The notes under the pieces were generated by a model that saw only the letters and a program-made list of their open reading frames with translations, was not told where the DNA came from and made no database searches. From NCBI GenBank assembly GCA_963743585.1, contig CAVUQI010000001.1, positions 500,476 through 564,475 on the forward strand: a stretch of DNA of 64,000 nt, given 5' to 3'. Positions 59,809 to 64,000 of this stretch are shown here, in pieces (the stretch's first letter is position 1; the number at the start of each line of letters is the position of its first letter). The DNA is from an uncultured Acidobacteriaceae bacterium (GTDB lineage: Bacteria; Acidobacteriota; Terriglobia; Terriglobales; Acidobacteriaceae). The translations under genes and the position numbers were made by a program.

Positions 59809-61263
59809 ATGCGGCGGCCGCTGATCGAACGCCGGACACGTCGCACTGCTCGCGAGGCGCGGCAGCGCGGCGTGACCATGGCCATGGTTGCTCTGTCGTT
59901 GGTAGCGTTGATTTCGATGGCGGCGCTATCCATCGACCTGGGCTCGCTGTACGAGGCCAAGGCGGAGGCGCAACGAGCGGCCGACTTGGGCGCGTTAGCA
60001 GCGGCCCGCATAATTTCGCTGGAGGGCCTCACCGGAGATTCGACTGCCGGCCCGGCGGATGTAGCCTGGAGGGCCGTTTGCGGTAGCGCCAGTAGTCCGG
60101 CGAGCGTTGCAGCCATCAACGTTGCTCAGCAGAACCTCATCAACGGTTCAGCTGCATCAACCGTTACGGTGAATTACGGCACGACTGGGAGTTTTACCTC
60201 GGATTGCTCGGCAGCTACAGGAACGGGCTTTACGGTAAATCCTGAGGTGCAGGTGTATGTGCAACAAGCCAGCCTTCCCAGCTTCTTTTCCCGCATCTTT
60301 TCACTGGTGGTCACGGGCGGCACTTCTAATTCTGGAGTCAGCGCGACAGCTACTGCCGAAATATTCAATCCCTCGGGTTCCGGGTCTTTGTCTTCTGGCA
60401 TGGTGCCGGCGCAGCCAAAATGCGTGAAGCCCTTGATCGTTCCAAACAGCGATCCGGAGAACTACGCTAATCCATTTCTCAATACGAATGGCAGCATCGT
60501 AAACCCGGGCATTTCTCCGCTTGGCCAAGGGGTGATCGGCGAAAGCTTCATCTTGAAGTCAGCCTGTAGCTCTGGATCGGCCACCTCCTGTAACCCACCG
60601 CCAGCCAACAATCCGCCCAAGTCAACTTCAGGCGGCCCAGGCAGCGCCGGCAGCCTGCAGTACGTGCCAGCGACGGTTACGGGTACGCCCATCGCGGTGG
60701 CTTCGAACGCATCCTGCTCGTCGTTGAACGCAGGCTCGACGTACCAGTTGGCAATCGCCGGATGCGATCAGAGCACAGTCTATGCCTGTGGGACCCCGAA
60801 CGCCGTGACACCCAATTTATTAGGCGAAAATCCAGTTTATCCCAATGCCGCTTCAGGCGACACAGCGACCGCTGTGCAGTGTCTAATCAACAGCACCGTT
60901 ACCCCCGATGGCCCCGACATCCTGGCTGGTCCTCCAACCGCCCCAACATATCCCTTTGCGATACAGGCTGGTAACGGTAATCCGCTGGTCCAGGCAGGAG
61001 TGGCGTCCTACAACGACATCGTCACGACCAGTAACAATATCGTGACTCTCCCCATCTATGACAGCAATCCTAGTATCCCGCTGACCCCAGCCTCACAGGT
61101 TACGATCCTGGGATTCCTGCAGGTCTTCATCGAGAACATAGACACGACGACCGGCAATCTGACGGTAACCGTTCTTAACGTTACCGGCTGCAGTAACGAC
61201 GCCGCAAGCGGTACCAGCGCCAACGGCACTTCTCCTGTGCCGATTCGGCTGATCACGCCTTAG
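59809..61263 (+). CDS. TadG-like (Tad-domain) pilus assembly protein
   Basis: RQRGVTMAMVALSLVALISMAALSIDLGSLYEAKAEAQRAADLGALAAAR N-terminus; long Ser/Thr/Gly/Asn-rich extracellular part. Confidence 0.7.
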   Translation: MRRPLIERRTRRTAREARQRGVTMAMVALSLVALISMAALSIDLGSLYEAKAEAQRAADLGALAAARIISLEGLTGDSTAGPADVAWRAVCGSASSPASVAAINVAQQNLINGSAASTVTVNYGTTGSFTSDCSAATGTGFTVNPEVQVYVQQASLPSFFSRIFSLVVTGGTSNSGVSATATAEIFNPSGSGSLSSGMVPAQPKCVKPLIVPNSDPENYANPFLNTNGSIVNPGISPLGQGVIGESFILKSACSSGSATSCNPPPANNPPKSTSGGPGSAGSLQYVPATVTGTPIAVASNASCSSLNAGSTYQLAIAGCDQSTVYACGTPNAVTPNLLGENPVYPNAASGDTATAVQCLINSTVTPDGPDILAGPPTAPTYPFAIQAGNGNPLVQAGVASYNDIVTTSNNIVTLPIYDSNPSIPLTPASQVTILGFLQVFIENIDTTTGNLTVTVLNVTGCSNDAASGTSANGTSPVPIRLITP

Positions 61264-61347
61264 CGGCGACGCGTAGTAATCCGTGATTTACGATGGGAAG
61301 TCGAGGACCAAGCTGCGCAAGTGCGCAAGAAATCCATAGCGATTATT

Positions 61348-62305
61348 TTATTGTGGATCGTTTGGCGGAGGGTCGGGCTGGCCTTCACCATCCGTGGGCG
61401 GCTCGCGGAACGGCGGTAATCCCGGGCGGCCTCTCATGCGAAATCTGGGGTTTTCCTCATCGGCGTTGTTGGTGTCGTCGTTGGCCGTAGGCTGCGAAGG
61501 CGGTTGCGGCACAGCGGCCTGGGCTTGCACGGGAGCGTCGGTACGAGGAGTGAGAATCACCTGGTCGAGCGCTCCGGGGTTTTTCGGAGAACTCAAAATC
61601 ACAAAATTAAATTTTGAGCCGTTGAGCAGTTGCGACAAAACATCCGGCGCGGGCGCAGGGCCCAGGTTGACCACGACTTTTTCCTGCTCGGCCCCTGCCG
61701 GTATTGCAATCTCAGCCCCGGTGCGCTGGTGTACGGCAAACAACACCTCTGACAAGCTCGCCCGGTCGCAGTTGATGGAAAGCAATCCGTTGCGAAATGC
61801 AACTTCGAGACTAGGTTTCGGCGGCCCTGGCGCAGGGTTGGCAGCTTCGTTCGCCGCCAATATATTTCCCGACGAGGCCTGCGCACCAGATATCTCCGCG
61901 CCGGCGCCTCCAATTTTCACGATGGTGGTGCCTTCCGGCGGGAAAGACCTGGTAAGGCTGCGGGCCGTTCAGGTCGACTACGATGCGCGTGACCGGCGGG
62001 TCCTTTGAAAATAAACTGACCCGTAAGTCCTTCACGTCGGTTCGGTCAACGCTCTGGCCGCGCAGTTGCGCGCCGGGCCTGGCCTTGACGAAGTCAATCA
62101 GAAGACGGTCGGGTTCGCCCAACTCGTTCGTTTGGGGAACAATCGGAGCACTGGACTCGATCTGGATTTCGACTTGATTTCCCCCGCGCAGCACCTCGAC
62201 ATGCCGGACCAATGGGACATCCTGGGCGCGTACAGCAAGCGGTCCGGCAATGGATGCAGCCGCCGATAAAACGACTACCGCCGTGCGTCTGAAGCTGGGA
62301 AACAT
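61348..62305 (-). pseudogene. AMIN-domain protein with STN-like middle domain and Pro-rich tail, frameshifted
   Basis: ORFs 61811..62305 and 61348..61920 join as ...GPQPYQVFPA | EGTTIVKIGGAGAEISGAQ... Junction near 61931..61942; length 3n+1. Signal peptide MFPSFRRTAVVVLSAAASIAGPLAVRAQD. Confidence 0.6.
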
Positions 62306-62429
62306 AAATGAGAGGGCTTCAGCCGATTCTACCAGCCTTCGCCATGCTTAGTTGATGACTAATTCATGACAGCAGGCAGAAAATCATGCGCTGAATGATG
62401 CGCAAAGTAGGGAGGGAAAGGCTGCGAGC

Positions 62430-63418
62430 TTACGCTCGAGATAGTTTGCGCCGCAATTGCCAGAGTATTGCGGTCAATCCGGTCATGAGCAGCATCCACG
62501 TGGCCGGCTCCGGCACGGTGGATGGCCCTGGCCACCGGTACCGCAGGGGCCAAGTTTCTTTTTGCCGTTTGTCAGCGCTCCGCCCTCAATTGCCGAAATT
62601 GCCGTGCTGCCTTTTTTGGGCAGTGGCGCACAAAGACCGACGGGAAATGCCGGAGGCGCGATCGCGATCAAATTTCCGCCACCGAATGGGGTAGTCACGT
62701 TCAGAGGTCCCTCAGGCCCGGAGCCGGGCACGCTCGGGCGATTCAATAACGCTGATTCAAACGGAACCGGTGGGGCCGGCATTACCGTGCCCGCTCCATC
62801 CATGGGCTTCTCCATTCTTTCCGGCGAAGGTTCGGCAGGCGAAACTTCCGCCTGCGGATTCTCTGCTACCCGATTACCGCAGCGTCCGCGCGCCGTGATT
62901 CGCCCGTCTGTGATCAGCTTCTCGCCTTTGTGAAGACTGATTCTTCTACGCATCCAATAAATGTGATTGCCAATGCGATAGGAGACAAAAGCGGTGCGGG
63001 CCAACGTGACCTCGACTACGCGCGCGTGATCGTAATCAAAGCCGGCATAGTGCTCCGCCACTACAGGATCGTGTTCCGCTACCCATTTCAGCTCTTTCGC
63101 GTCACTGACTCCGCCGGGCACAACCGAATACGCATATAAGGGACGAGACGGCCGCACCTGCGACAGAACTTCATCGAGCACCCGCGATTCTTCACGGCTC
63201 GGTGACGCATACCCGGTACCGGACAACTTGCTTTGCCAAATACTAACAATGGAAGAGCCGAAATATCTTGCAGCAAAGCTGGAAACACTGGCAGTGAAAA
63301 CCGCAAGAAGGGCGAGGGAAAGCCAACGGCGAATGAGGCGATGCTGGCGATGCCGGCGGGTACGCCGGCGCTTAACGATAATCTGGGCTTTCCCGTTCTC
63401 GGGACTGGGCACGGACAA
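62430..63418 (-). pseudogene. Membrane-anchored hypothetical protein whose PEP-CTERM sorting signal lies in a different frame
   Basis: The 311-aa ORF ends ...GTGGQGHPPCRSRPRGCCS*. The -1 frame reads ...PGPSTVPEPATWMLLMTGLTAILWQLRRKLSRA* (stop 62430..62432). Length 3n+2. Confidence 0.6.
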
Positions 63419-63906
63419 CTCCTACCAGCGGCGGAGATCCTGGGACCACGCACTCCGGCACTCTAGCAGTACGATAGGGCAGTTTGAGTGCCATTTCTCC
63501 TTCATTTCTTTCGCAGAAAACAAAGGATATCCGCTTGTTTTTTGCGACCCATCCTAGCAGACGCAGGAATGGTTTGCACATGAATATACTGTGGATTTCT
63601 TTTTTGGTGCCAATTTTGGCACTCACGCATTTCGCGAGCGGACCTAAAGCTCATCAGGATGTTGGTGACTCTGGTAACCACCACTATTGGGCTATTTCAA
63701 TGCCTCCCACACGCTGGTACCCTTTTAGCTGTTACGGGAGTAAGTTTTCTGTCCCTTGACAAATTGCCGCCCTTCGCGGCGCAAGCCAGAGATCCTTAAG
63801 TTTTTTTTCCTTTTGAGTTGTCTGGCCGAACTCCCCTGATCGAAGGAACCCTGTTCAGTGGCATAAGAATAACCGCTCGTTCTAAGTTTTGCCTGGAGGA
63901 AAACCG

Positions 63907-64000
63907 ATGCGCCTTCGTTCTCTTCATCTCATATTCTCCGTTGTTTTATTTTCTTCACTGCTAACCAGCTCAGCGTTCGCTAATACGGTCCAGATGGTGT
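63907..64000 (+). CDS. 5' end of a secreted protein gene (partial; possibly same family as 3171..3818)
   Basis: GGAGGA 6 nt before the ATG. Signal peptide MRLRSLHLIFSVVLFSSLLTSSAFA, then NTVQMV, resembling ALA-NSNVTMQL of the PEP-CTERM protein at 3171..3818. Runs off the window. Confidence 0.4.
   Translation, partial: MRLRSLHLIFSVVLFSSLLTSSAFANTVQMV

Overview
This is a 64-kb, moderately GC-rich chromosomal segment. Its gene content points to an Acidobacteriota (Terriglobia-like) genome, which is an inference: PEP-CTERM proteins, a GloVer-repeat protein, several GFSLIELL-type prepilins, an HTH+TPR regulator with the DSWKEIAAF..ERTVKRWESERGLPVH N-terminus, and a Ser/Thr-kinase-TPR fusion. About 55 protein genes are supported; I found no rRNA, tRNA or CRISPR array. 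Housekeeping content includes groES-groEL behind a consensus promoter plus CIRCE operator, pstCAB-phoU with a beta-propeller/phosphoesterase fusion and a divergent CHAD gene, tatA/tatC, aroB, ubiE, a fused formimidoyltransferase-cyclodeaminase, an M16 peptidase pair, and assorted transporters (ABC-2, MFS, EamA, CDF, TerC). The strongest finding is a precisely delimited 1913-bp IS1595-family transposon (8-bp target duplication, 24-bp inverted repeats) inserted into the HTH+TPR regulator gene. It carries a translationally coupled two-gene passenger module (CxxC..CxxC zinc-ribbon-like protein plus 2-TM membrane protein) of unknown function, a candidate mobile toxin/defence-type system. Other notable points are:
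- a tandem triplet of prepilin genes;
- an orphan Tad-type peptidase/minor-pilin module without flp or motor genes;
- a kinase-linked pair of small Cys-containing paralogs, one with an in-frame TGA;
- a 4 x 14-bp tandem repeat in a 5' leader.
About ten otherwise intact genes carry reading-frame disruptions, several in homopolymer runs. These are either assembly indel errors or pseudogenisation, and sequence alone cannot distinguish the two.
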